From Longimicrobiales bacterium (GTDB lineage Bacteria; Gemmatimonadota; Gemmatimonadetes; Longimicrobiales; Gaopeijiaceae): a DNA stretch of 64,000 nucleotides. Every line of letters begins with the position of its first letter. The first letter of the stretch is position 1. Below the pieces are notes generated by a model. The model was given only the letters and a program-made list of their open reading frames with translations, did not search any database and was not told where the DNA came from. The stretch covers positions 4,192,001 to 4,256,000 of the forward strand of contig OZ250165.1 of assembly GCA_965238005.1 (NCBI GenBank). Reading direction: 5' to 3'. Below are positions 38,601-47,614 of this stretch, piece by piece. The position numbers and the translations under genes are program-made.

Positions 38601-39166
38601 CTGGAGTTGAGCTCGGCCTGTCCTTCGGAGTCGTGGGCCTGGACCTCCAGGTAGTAGCGGTCCCGGAAGAGGTTGGCGTACCAGTCGGCGGCTTCCCTGG
38701 CCCCCTCCCAGTTGTCGGCCATGAGGTTCCGGGCCACCTCCCCCGCCATGCAGGCGGAGCTGACGACGATGCCGCCGGAATACGCGGTCAGGACCTCCCG
38801 GTCCACCCGCGGCCTGTGATAGAAGCCCTCCGTGTACGCGATGGAGGAGAGCTTCACGAGGTTCTCGTAGCCCTCCATGTCCCGGGCCAGCAGGACCAGA
38901 TGGTAGTAGGCCCGTTCTCCCTGGCCGGCCTTCGAGCGGTCCCGGCGATCCCCGGGAGCCACGTAGGCCTCCATCCCGATAATGGGCTTGAGTCCTTCCT
39001 TGCTGGCCAGCTTGTGGAATGCCCAGGCGCCGAAGAGGCAGCCGTGGTCCGTAAGGGCCAGGCCGGGCATCTCGAATTCCTTGGCCCGGTGAACGAGGTC
39101 GGTGAGGCGGTTGGCTCCGTCGAGGAGGGAGTACTCGGAGTGTGTATGGAGGTGGACGAAGCTCAC
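35609..39166 (-). CDS. dnaE: DNA polymerase III alpha subunit
   Basis: FVHLHTHSEYSLLDG, GPGRGSAAGS, PDIDIDF, KMDFLGL, YGFN.SH. Confidence 0.97.
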   Translation of the reverse strand: MSFVHLHTHSEYSLLDGANRLTDLVHRAKEFEMPGLALTDHGCLFGAWAFHKLASKEGLKPIIGMEAYVAPGDRRDRSKAGQGERAYYHLVLLARDMEGYENLVKLSSIAYTEGFYHRPRVDREVLTAYSGGIVVSSACMAGEVARNLMADNWEGAREAADWYANLFRDRYYLEVQAHDSEGQAELNSRIFKLGEEMGLPVIATNDAHFLQAEDHEAHDVLLCIGLGKDRSDPSRMRYDQGLYFKSAPEIAERFPDRPDVLENTLKIADEVNLGFKKTYHLPAFPLPEGQEDENEYLIHLATLGAKKRYGDPLPEPVQKRLDYELGVITETGYAGYFLITWDFIDWARRHGIPVGPGRGSAAGSIVAYALWITNLDPLEFGLLFERFLNPERISMPDIDIDFCYERRGEVIDYVKDKYGQNAVGQIITFGTMKSRAVIRDVGRTLGFEPSETDRIAKMIPNAPGQAFTVEEAVKGLKEVKELYEEGGRYQQLFDYSMTLEGLSRHSSVHAAGVVIAPGPLDNYVPVCIQTGKSGSNGDAAEAMYVTQYDMNCLEDAGMLKMDFLGLKTLTVIHDAVEAVKARLGELRHPESGDVYESIDDIPRDDPAVYRMLARGGTSGVFQFESRLAVDKLRAMRCDRFDDLVASNALIRPGPLDSGMTDAYIRRKVGQEPVRYDHPDLEPVLESTYGIIVYQEQVMRIANVLAGYNMAEADVLRKAMGKKIAKLIREELAQFIDKSVERGVDKRVAQSLAEQIETFGRYGFNLSHSVAYSLLSYHTAWLKAHFPAEFMAAMLSAVLSNTDDVVKYIGECRDLPRYLPQLNDGLEVLPPDVNESGWKFTAVSQTQIRFGLGAVRGVGSSGVNSILAARIDGPFKTMFDFLERVDLRALNKRAAEALIAAGALDSFGHRSQLLAGLDTAYSEISARKAEEEAGQASLFGVSETALERSDPGLPGVPEWPDQERLKREKEALGFFISGHPLDRHGDVVRAFDLLNSSNLKDHAGQPVQLACVVTKVARQISRRDNSEWGKITVEDFHGTATILAFKDNWQKYKVVLRQDVVVLISGKVSGRERDEEDPPIFLDEAVVLEGLANSGKLALQIELPIGAELDADVFARAKEVLVAHPGTAPVELTLGSDNGTPSPLLRSRTLKVDPSGETLGELQEMFGKARVRLVKVGNGGVQTNGP

Positions 39167-39244
39167 AGCGCTCGGTTCACACAAAAAAGGTTGAGGGGGC
39201 GGCCGGGCACGCTTCTCAGCGACGAAAGCGGTCGACGACCCTCC

Positions 39245-39273
39245 ATTCTACACCGTGTGGGGAGAGGTCACAA
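39245..39273 (-). promoter_or_regulatory. Putative sigma70 promoter of dnaE
   Basis: TTGTGA-N17-TAGAAT on the minus strand. Confidence 0.55.
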
Positions 39274-39373
39274 AGGACCGGATGCGCCGATGGCGTAACC
39301 ACGCGCTTTAGGGTTCGAGAACTCCGCCGCTGGGAGGCTTCGAGTGCCGTGGGCCCCCGGGGTTGGTCCCTCG

Positions 39374-39796
39374 CTACTCGATGACCCAGCTGTACTTGTC
39401 CCCGGAGTTCCACTTGGGTGGGGGCAGGAGGTCCAGGAGCGTGAGGCCGAGCGTGGCGTCGGACGTGATGAGGGTCACGCCGATGGTGAAGGGCGTGCCA
39501 CCCCAGTTGTCGAAGTCCAGCACGTAGTCCGACTTCGTCAGGTTGAAGTCGCCGGGGAGGTACGCCTCCATGCCCGTGGGAACCACGCCCCGGCTGGCGT
39601 CGGGGGGCCAGGTGTTCTGATCCGCCTGGAACTCGAGGGCGGCGACGCGAACGACCGCCATGTCGGCATACGCGTCCGCCGCCCGCGCCTTCACCAGAAC
39701 GTCACTCAGCTTGGGCTGGGCGATGGCGGCCAGAATGCTGACGATGAGGACGACCACCAGCAGCTCGGCTAAAGAGAACCCTCTGCGATCGCTCAT
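39374..39796 (-). CDS. Type IV pilin / pseudopilin
   Basis: Class III signal RRG|FSLAELLVV followed by a hydrophobic helix. Confidence 0.85.
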   Translation of the reverse strand: MSDRRGFSLAELLVVVLIVSILAAIAQPKLSDVLVKARAADAYADMAVVRVAALEFQADQNTWPPDASRGVVPTGMEAYLPGDFNLTKSDYVLDFDNWGGTPFTIGVTLITSDATLGLTLLDLLPPPKWNSGDKYSWVIE

Positions 39797-40311
39797 CCGC
39801 CCGCCGCCTGTGTGGTTACGACATTTTTGGCATCCTGCAGGAGCTCCTCAACGGGTTGTGTGGAGACATAGTCGATGGTGACTCCGGAGACCCTCCCACG
39901 GAGTAGGAAGGCTGAGTCGGCCATGGTTATGTATTCGACGCCGGCCAGGACGTCCTCTTCCGTTTCCCGGAGCGAGCTGGGAAGCCTCCCGTTGTCCTTC
40001 ATGAACTTCTGGATGCGGCCGAGCTGGAGGTACATCTCGATCCGGAGCCCCGCCTCTTGCACGGCCACCGGCACCTGCGGGGGAGGGGTCGGCTGTAGAG
40101 CCGGCGGGGGGAAGACCCAGAGCCAGAAGGAGATGACCGCCAGCGCCGGCGCCAAGAGAGGACTGAGCTGGCGGCGCAGCGGATGCGCCGAGACCTGCTG
40201 GCGGCGGTCCGAGCGGCGCTGCTGATCGGCTATAACGTCCGATAGGGCGTCGCCGTATTCGCTACCGGTCTTGGCTTCCGGGCGAGAGGGGGGGCGCTTT
40301 TCTTCGGTCAT
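39793..40311 (-). CDS. Hypothetical single-TM protein
   Basis: One TM and a Pro-rich linker; ATGA overlap with the pilin gene. Confidence 0.6.
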   Translation of the reverse strand: MTEEKRPPSRPEAKTGSEYGDALSDVIADQQRRSDRRQQVSAHPLRRQLSPLLAPALAVISFWLWVFPPPALQPTPPPQVPVAVQEAGLRIEMYLQLGRIQKFMKDNGRLPSSLRETEEDVLAGVEYITMADSAFLLRGRVSGVTIDYVSTQPVEELLQDAKNVVTTQAAGG

Positions 40312-40508
40312 TCGGCCTGTCGGGCGGGGTTCCGATGTTCAACGGTCAGCGATGCGATCGGCGTGCACGCCATCATACAATGTACTACCGCTTCGGCGCG
40401 CAGCCCAAGAATAAACATCGGGCCCGGCTCCCGCGGCCTTGTGGGCGGCCGCCGAACCGCCTATCAAGGTTAGACGCCCGTCGTATCGAGCCGAATCCGG
40501 ACTTCGCC

Positions 40509-42053
40509 ATGTGGCTTTGGATCCTGGGAATCGCCCTGCTCCTGGTAGTGCTTTACGACGTCACGCAGAAGCGGCATGCCATCCTCAGGAACTTCCCCAT
40601 CATCGGCCACTTTCGGTACCTCCTGGAGTCCATCGGCCCCGAGCTCAGGCAGTACATCGTCACGGGCAACGACGAAGAGCGACCCTTCTCGCGGGACCAG
40701 CGGAGCTGGATCTACGCCTCCTCCAAGAAGGAGAACAACTACTTCGGATTCGGTACCGACAACGAGCTCGAGCGGACGTCCAACTACCTGATCATCAAGC
40801 ATCGGGTCATGGGCTCGGGCCCCAGCGCCGAGGGCAAGGCCTACGGGCAATCCGGGGGCGACGAGAGCTACAGGGTGCCCTGCGCAAAGGTGCTGGGAGG
40901 GCCGAGGCGCCGCCCGGGAGCGTTTCGGCCCCACTCGGTGGTCAACGTCTCCGGCATGAGCTTCGGCTCGCTCTCGGGCGCGGCGGTGGCAGCCATGAAC
41001 GAAGGTGCCAAGATCGCCGGCTGTCTACAGAACACCGGGGAGGGAGGGATCTCTCCGTACCATCAGCGGGGTGGCGAGCTCATCTGGCAGATCGGGACGG
41101 GGTACTTCGGCTGCAGGGACGGGCTTGGGTATTTCCACATGGAGCGGTTCCTGCAGGGTGTGGACGCGAATCCAGTCCGTGCCGTGGAGATCAAGCTCAG
41201 CCAGGGTGCCAAGCCGGGTCTCGGGGGATTGCTGCCCGGGGCCAAGGTCACCCCGGAGATCGCCGAGATCAGGGGCGTTCCCGTCGGCGAGGACGTCTAC
41301 AGTCCCGCGACCCACTCCGCATTCTCCAGCGTCGATGGCATGCTGGACTTCGTGGAGCGCCTGGCGGAGGCGAGTGGTCTACCCGTGGGGATCAAGTCCG
41401 CCGTCGGCGACCATCGCTTCTTCGAGGAGCTCGCGAACCTCATGTCCCGGGGCGATCGCGGGGTGGACTTCATCACCATCGACGGCGGGGAGGGGGGCAC
41501 GGGAGCCGCACCGCTCGCGTTCTCGGATCACGTGGCTCTGCCCTTCAAGATCGCCTTCAGCCGCGTCTACCGGATCCTGGCCGAGGCCGGAGTCCACGAG
41601 AACGTGGTCCTCATGGGATCCGGAAAGCTGGGCTTCCCGGCTGTTGGAATGCTTGCCTTCGCCCTCGGGTGCGACACGATCAACGTGGGTCGGGAGGCCA
41701 TGATGGCCGTGGGCTGCATCCAGGCGCAACGCTGCCACACGGACCACTGCCCCACCGGCGTGGCGACGCAGAACCGCTGGCTGGTCCGGGGCCTCGACCC
41801 GACGTCCAAGGCCGCTCGGCTGGCCAACTACGTGATCAGCCTGCGTAAGGAGATCCTCCAGCTGAGCCGAGCGTGTGGCGTGCCTCACCCGGGGCTGCTA
41901 TCGGGGGAGCACATCGAGATTCTGGACGGGCGCTTCGGGTCCTCCAACCTCTACGAGATGTTCGGCTATCGGCCCGAATGGGGCTTCCCGTCGGCCCGGG
42001 ACCAGGAGGAGATCCGGGCGGTGATGGCGGGGGCTGAGGGAGCGAGCAGGTAG
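40509..42053 (+). CDS. FMN-binding glutamate synthase family protein
   Basis: MSFGSLS, NTGEGG, EIKLSQGAKPG, DGGEGGTGAAP, GCIQAQRCHTDHCPTG. Confidence 0.92.
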   Translation: MWLWILGIALLLVVLYDVTQKRHAILRNFPIIGHFRYLLESIGPELRQYIVTGNDEERPFSRDQRSWIYASSKKENNYFGFGTDNELERTSNYLIIKHRVMGSGPSAEGKAYGQSGGDESYRVPCAKVLGGPRRRPGAFRPHSVVNVSGMSFGSLSGAAVAAMNEGAKIAGCLQNTGEGGISPYHQRGGELIWQIGTGYFGCRDGLGYFHMERFLQGVDANPVRAVEIKLSQGAKPGLGGLLPGAKVTPEIAEIRGVPVGEDVYSPATHSAFSSVDGMLDFVERLAEASGLPVGIKSAVGDHRFFEELANLMSRGDRGVDFITIDGGEGGTGAAPLAFSDHVALPFKIAFSRVYRILAEAGVHENVVLMGSGKLGFPAVGMLAFALGCDTINVGREAMMAVGCIQAQRCHTDHCPTGVATQNRWLVRGLDPTSKAARLANYVISLRKEILQLSRACGVPHPGLLSGEHIEILDGRFGSSNLYEMFGYRPEWGFPSARDQEEIRAVMAGAEGASR

Positions 42054-42130
42054 GCTCGCGATCTGTCATGGGTGGCGCCCGCCCCCTATTTTATCCTCAT
42101 CAATACAGGCGCTCGGTCCGGAGGAGTACC

Positions 42131-43480
42131 ATGAGCAGTCAGAGTCGACGGAGTTTCCTCGGTCATGTGGCGGGAGGCGTGGTCGCCTCGGCTTCGGTCC
42201 CCTCACTTCTGCGGGGGGAGGAGCCCACCGGTCTGGTAGATTCTCTCCCCACCGATCTCTTCTCCTCGGAAGCTCGTCATCGGATGGATCGTCTGCGCAG
42301 AGCCGCCATGCGCCTCGGCCCCGGGGACGCGGCCGACGAGGACTTCTGGCGGTTGGTAAAGAACGCGTTCCCCCTTCGTGACGGTCTGATCATCATGAAC
42401 GCGGCCAACCTCTGCCCCTCGCCCATCTCCGTGCAGCAGCGGGTCTTCGAGCTCACCAGGGACGTGGATCGAGACGCGTCGTTCAACAACCGCGGGAAGT
42501 TCGGTCAGCTGCGAGAAGACGCGCGCACCGGCCTCGCCCGCTACCTGGGGGCCGACGCCGACGAGATCGCCATCGTCCGCAACACCAGCGCTGCGAACGC
42601 CACGGTCGTGAACGGGCAGGATTTCGGGTCCGGAGACGAGGTGGTGCTCTGGGATCAGAACCATCCGACGAACAGCACGGCATGGGACGTCCGCGCCGTG
42701 CGGTACGGCTATACCGTGAAACGGGTGAGCACGCCGCCCCAGCCCACGACCGCGCAGGAGCTCCTGGATCCGTTCCTGGCGGCCATGACCTCCCGCACGC
42801 GGTTGGTCTCCTTCAGCCACGCCTCCAACATCTCGGGCGTCATGCTTCCGGCCCGCGACATCGTGGCGGCGGCCCACTCCCGGGGCGCCCTGGCCATGGT
42901 CGACGGTGCCCAGACCTACGGATGCCTCGAGGTCGATCTCCACGATATCGGATGCGACTTCTATACGGGGAGCGCCCACAAGTGGTTCGTGGGGCCCAAG
43001 GAGGCGGGGGTTCTATACGTGCGCGGCGAGGTGCAGGCGGACCTGTGGGCCACCCACGTCGGGGTCGGGTGGGCCAACGCCGTCAAAGGTGGGGCTCGCA
43101 AGTTCGAGAATCTGGGCCAGCGTGACGATGCCGCAGTATCCGCCGTGGGCACCACCGTCGACTTCCACGAGACGGTAGGCACGGAGAGGGTCGAGGCCCG
43201 GGTGAGAGAGCTGGCTGCCGCACTCAAGGACGGCGTAGCCGATCGGCTTCCGGGGACTCGCTTCCACACGCCCCGAGATCCCGCGCTCAGCGCCGGCGTC
43301 GTGGTGTTCCTGCCGCCGGGCCTCAACCCCCAGGAAGCATTGAACACGCTCTACACCGACCACACCATCGCGGGTGCGCCCAGGGGTGGGGAGTTCACCG
43401 GAATCCGGCTCTGTCCCCACATCTACAACACGCTTGCGGACGTGGAGACGGTGGTGGACGCCATCGCGTCACTCGCCTGA
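42131..43480 (+). CDS. Class V aminotransferase fold PLP enzyme with a Tat signal
   Basis: SRRSFL Tat motif; VDGAQ, SAHKW; GAGGAG RBS. Confidence 0.88.
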   Translation: MSSQSRRSFLGHVAGGVVASASVPSLLRGEEPTGLVDSLPTDLFSSEARHRMDRLRRAAMRLGPGDAADEDFWRLVKNAFPLRDGLIIMNAANLCPSPISVQQRVFELTRDVDRDASFNNRGKFGQLREDARTGLARYLGADADEIAIVRNTSAANATVVNGQDFGSGDEVVLWDQNHPTNSTAWDVRAVRYGYTVKRVSTPPQPTTAQELLDPFLAAMTSRTRLVSFSHASNISGVMLPARDIVAAAHSRGALAMVDGAQTYGCLEVDLHDIGCDFYTGSAHKWFVGPKEAGVLYVRGEVQADLWATHVGVGWANAVKGGARKFENLGQRDDAAVSAVGTTVDFHETVGTERVEARVRELAAALKDGVADRLPGTRFHTPRDPALSAGVVVFLPPGLNPQEALNTLYTDHTIAGAPRGGEFTGIRLCPHIYNTLADVETVVDAIASLA

Positions 43481-43483
43481 TCG

Positions 43484-43531
43484 GCGCCGGGCCAGGCGGC
43501 TTCCTCTTCCGGGGTCGCCGCTGGCCCGGCC
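43484..43531. terminator. GC-rich hairpin between convergent genes
   Basis: GCCGGGCCAG...CTGGCCCGGC inverted repeat; no U-tract. Confidence 0.4.
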
Positions 43532-43537
43532 CGCTCC

Positions 43538-45043
<1,506 letters not shown>

Positions 45044-45067
45044 GAGAAGGCGAAAAAGACTCTCGTA

Positions 45068-46018
45068 TCAGTTGGTCCTCGTCGCCGAGGCGACGAAGAG
45101 CAGGGGGCCCGACGCCTCGGGCCGGGCCGAAATGGGCTGGTAGGTGAAACAGGAAAACCCGGCCTCCCGGCTCCATCCCACCAGCGTGGCCTCGTCGAAG
45201 CCGGGCCAAACGTGGCCCATGTCCTCGAGAAAAGCCTCCCGCGAGTGCAGCCTCATGTCCACCATCAGCAGTCGGCCGCCGGGTGTGAGGGCTCTGTATG
45301 CCTCCTTCAGCACCGCCACAGGCTCCACGACGTAGTGGAGCACCAGGAGCAGGACCGCCAGGTCTACCTCTCCGTCGGCCACGGGGAGGTCCTCCAGCTC
45401 GCCCCGCCGCAGCTCCACGTTCGGGAAGCTGTCCAACCGGTGCCGCGCGGCCTCGAGCATCTCCTCGGAGCCGTCCACGGCGATAACGCGCTCCACGAAC
45501 GGTGCCAGGCGCACGCTGAAGTGTCCCGTGCCGGCGCCCAGATCGGCCACGGCCCAGCACGGGTCCAGAAAACCGAAGAGCGGAAGCAGCTCCGAGTCGG
45601 CGCCGAAGAGGTCGTCCCGGAGGGAATCCCATCGGTGGGCCGAAGACGCGAAGAACTCCTTGGAGCGCTCACGTCGCTCGGCGAGCACCGCCCGGGCCCT
45701 CTCCACGTCCTCCTCGGTGTACCCGGCTGACACTACGTCGGGTCGAACCAGCTCCCACAGCTCGCGGGCGGCATCGTGCAGGTCCGGTGCCATTCGGTAG
45801 TGTCGGCTCGTCCCGCTGGATCTGGACGTGACCCATCCGTCGTCGGCCAGGACCTTGAGGTGACGGCTCACGGTCGACTGGGGAAGCTGGAATACCTTCA
45901 CCAGCTCCGAGACGGTGAAGTCACCCTGCTCCAGGAGCACCAGGATGCGGCTGCGCGCCAGATCGCCCAGCGCGCTCATTCGGTCGAAGACCCGGGGTTC
46001 CCTCAGTAGAATATCCAT
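45068..46018 (-). CDS. sahR: ArsR-HTH + SAM-binding methyltransferase-domain regulator (SahR-like)
   Basis: QSTVSRHLKVL HTH and DLGAGTG; directly upstream of ahcY. Confidence 0.85.
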   Translation of the reverse strand: MDILLREPRVFDRMSALGDLARSRILVLLEQGDFTVSELVKVFQLPQSTVSRHLKVLADDGWVTSRSSGTSRHYRMAPDLHDAARELWELVRPDVVSAGYTEEDVERARAVLAERRERSKEFFASSAHRWDSLRDDLFGADSELLPLFGFLDPCWAVADLGAGTGHFSVRLAPFVERVIAVDGSEEMLEAARHRLDSFPNVELRRGELEDLPVADGEVDLAVLLLVLHYVVEPVAVLKEAYRALTPGGRLLMVDMRLHSREAFLEDMGHVWPGFDEATLVGWSREAGFSCFTYQPISARPEASGPLLFVASATRTN

Positions 46019-46060
46019 AAATCCGGATATAATGATATAACCCGCCACCGAGGGGCGCAA
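46011..46060 (-). promoter_or_regulatory. sahR-ahcY promoter with a 20-bp palindromic operator
   Basis: TTGCGC-N17-TATCAT (46060-46032); ATATCC-N8-GGATAT at 46011-46030. Confidence 0.7.
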
Positions 46061-46116
46061 GGTGGATCCGGTGAGGGTGCTGGTTGAATGAGGGGGACGG
46101 GCCGCGACCGCTCGCC

Positions 46117-47145
46117 TCAGAGGCTCGCGGTAACGGTCCCTCCCGGGGCGCGGCAGCGGAACGAGTTCAGGATGGTCTCGAGCTGCAGGATGTACTGGTA
46201 CTTGTCTCTGCCCGGTGCGTAGAGCCAGGCATCGACCAGGTAGTCCCGGCCCTGGTGCGGGCAGGGAATGGTCCGGGTGATCATGGGTCCGCCCGCCGGG
46301 AAAAGGTCTTCGGGAGGGTTGGCCCAGACGGCCCGGACCTCGTCCATGATGACGTCACCCTGCTGGAGTCGGCGCGTCTGAGCCAGCGAGAGGTCCAGAA
46401 CCTGGGGATATCCGAAGTGTCCGTCGGCCACCTCCTGGCGCCATGCCAGAAGCTCGTCTTCGGTAATGCCCTCAGGTGAATACGTCCGCCAGGTGACCGT
46501 GATTTGCCGGATGAGCTCGGACGGATCCGGATTGTCGTTACGGAACATGAACACCGAGTCCTCTTGCCTTCGCTTATACAGCTGGGGCAGCACGATGCTG
46601 AACTGGGCCAGATCCCAGAGGGAGTCGGCGAGTGCCTCGTTCTGGCCCGACATGAACATCCGGCTCCGCACCCACTCGCGATACTGCCCGTCCAGCAGGT
46701 CGTGGAGCTGCTCCATGAGCGGCTCGGCTCCTGCAGCGTCGCCGGACGTGAGCAGCAGGACGGTTGCGGTCTGACCTCGGGCCCACACGTCCTCCACCTG
46801 GAACATCTCCGGGGGATCGAACGAGGTGCGCTTCGTGAGAGCCAGCGCCTCGGTCATCCAGGGGTCGTCGGCCGTTCCGATGAGGAGGAGTTGCCGAAAG
46901 CGCTGCAGCCTCTCCCACTCGGGCCGGAAGGGATCCTGATGCGTGACCACGAAGGTCTTCTCGGGACGCACGGTCACGATCCGCGCCTCGAGGGTCGACT
47001 CCACCAGGTCCGAGACGGCTGCCCACTGCTCCTCCGACGTGGCGACGATGATGCTGCTCAGCTCCCCCCACGACCGGGGCTCCTCACACGCGGAGAGGAG
47101 GAATGTGAAGGTGCCTAGGAAGAGCAGAGTCGAGGTTTCGCGCAT
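46117..47145 (-). CDS. DUF4837-like lipoprotein
   Basis: Lipobox LSAC; DVWARGQ, AGGP, LYAPG.DK. Confidence 0.7.
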   Translation of the reverse strand: MRETSTLLFLGTFTFLLSACEEPRSWGELSSIIVATSEEQWAAVSDLVESTLEARIVTVRPEKTFVVTHQDPFRPEWERLQRFRQLLLIGTADDPWMTEALALTKRTSFDPPEMFQVEDVWARGQTATVLLLTSGDAAGAEPLMEQLHDLLDGQYREWVRSRMFMSGQNEALADSLWDLAQFSIVLPQLYKRRQEDSVFMFRNDNPDPSELIRQITVTWRTYSPEGITEDELLAWRQEVADGHFGYPQVLDLSLAQTRRLQQGDVIMDEVRAVWANPPEDLFPAGGPMITRTIPCPHQGRDYLVDAWLYAPGRDKYQYILQLETILNSFRCRAPGGTVTASL

Positions 47146-47310
47146 GGTCCGTGATCGGCAGAAGGAAGCAGGCACTCTCTCAGAGTACCGTGCCTGCCTC
47201 CCCTCCGTTCCCGCAGCCGGTGCCATGTTCGTTCCTCAGTCTACCGCCGCTGCACCCAGCAGCCCGATGACGAGCCCGAGCACGAACCGACCGCAACCGT
47301 CATCGGCGTG

Positions 47311-47456
47311 CTACCACGCGTAGTTGCCACCGCCACTGCCCGGCGTGCCCGGAAAATCGAAGGCGACGTCGTCGGTGAGCTCCGCGGGGAGCCCGGAGAG
47401 CCAGCTCGCGAGGTATCCGGACGCGCCGATGTATCCCTGACTCGACACGTTGTCTA
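47311..47456 (-). pseudogene. Internal remnant of a probable M28 peptidase
   Basis: VSSQG...WLSGLPAE....FPGTPGSGGGNYA resembles the segment before the M28 'GGSDY' motif; begins at a CTAG. Confidence 0.4.
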
Positions 47457-47614
47457 GACGCCTAGAGTGCTCTACTCGCTCCAGCTTCGTCGTGGCCCTT
47501 AGTTCCCTGCTTGCGCCCTCTTCTCTGCTCACGCGAGATTGTGCGCGACCGACTCGGTCGTGCTCCGAGATCAAGTCGGACGACTCCGGAATCGACCCGA
47601 ACCGAGGTGACCCC

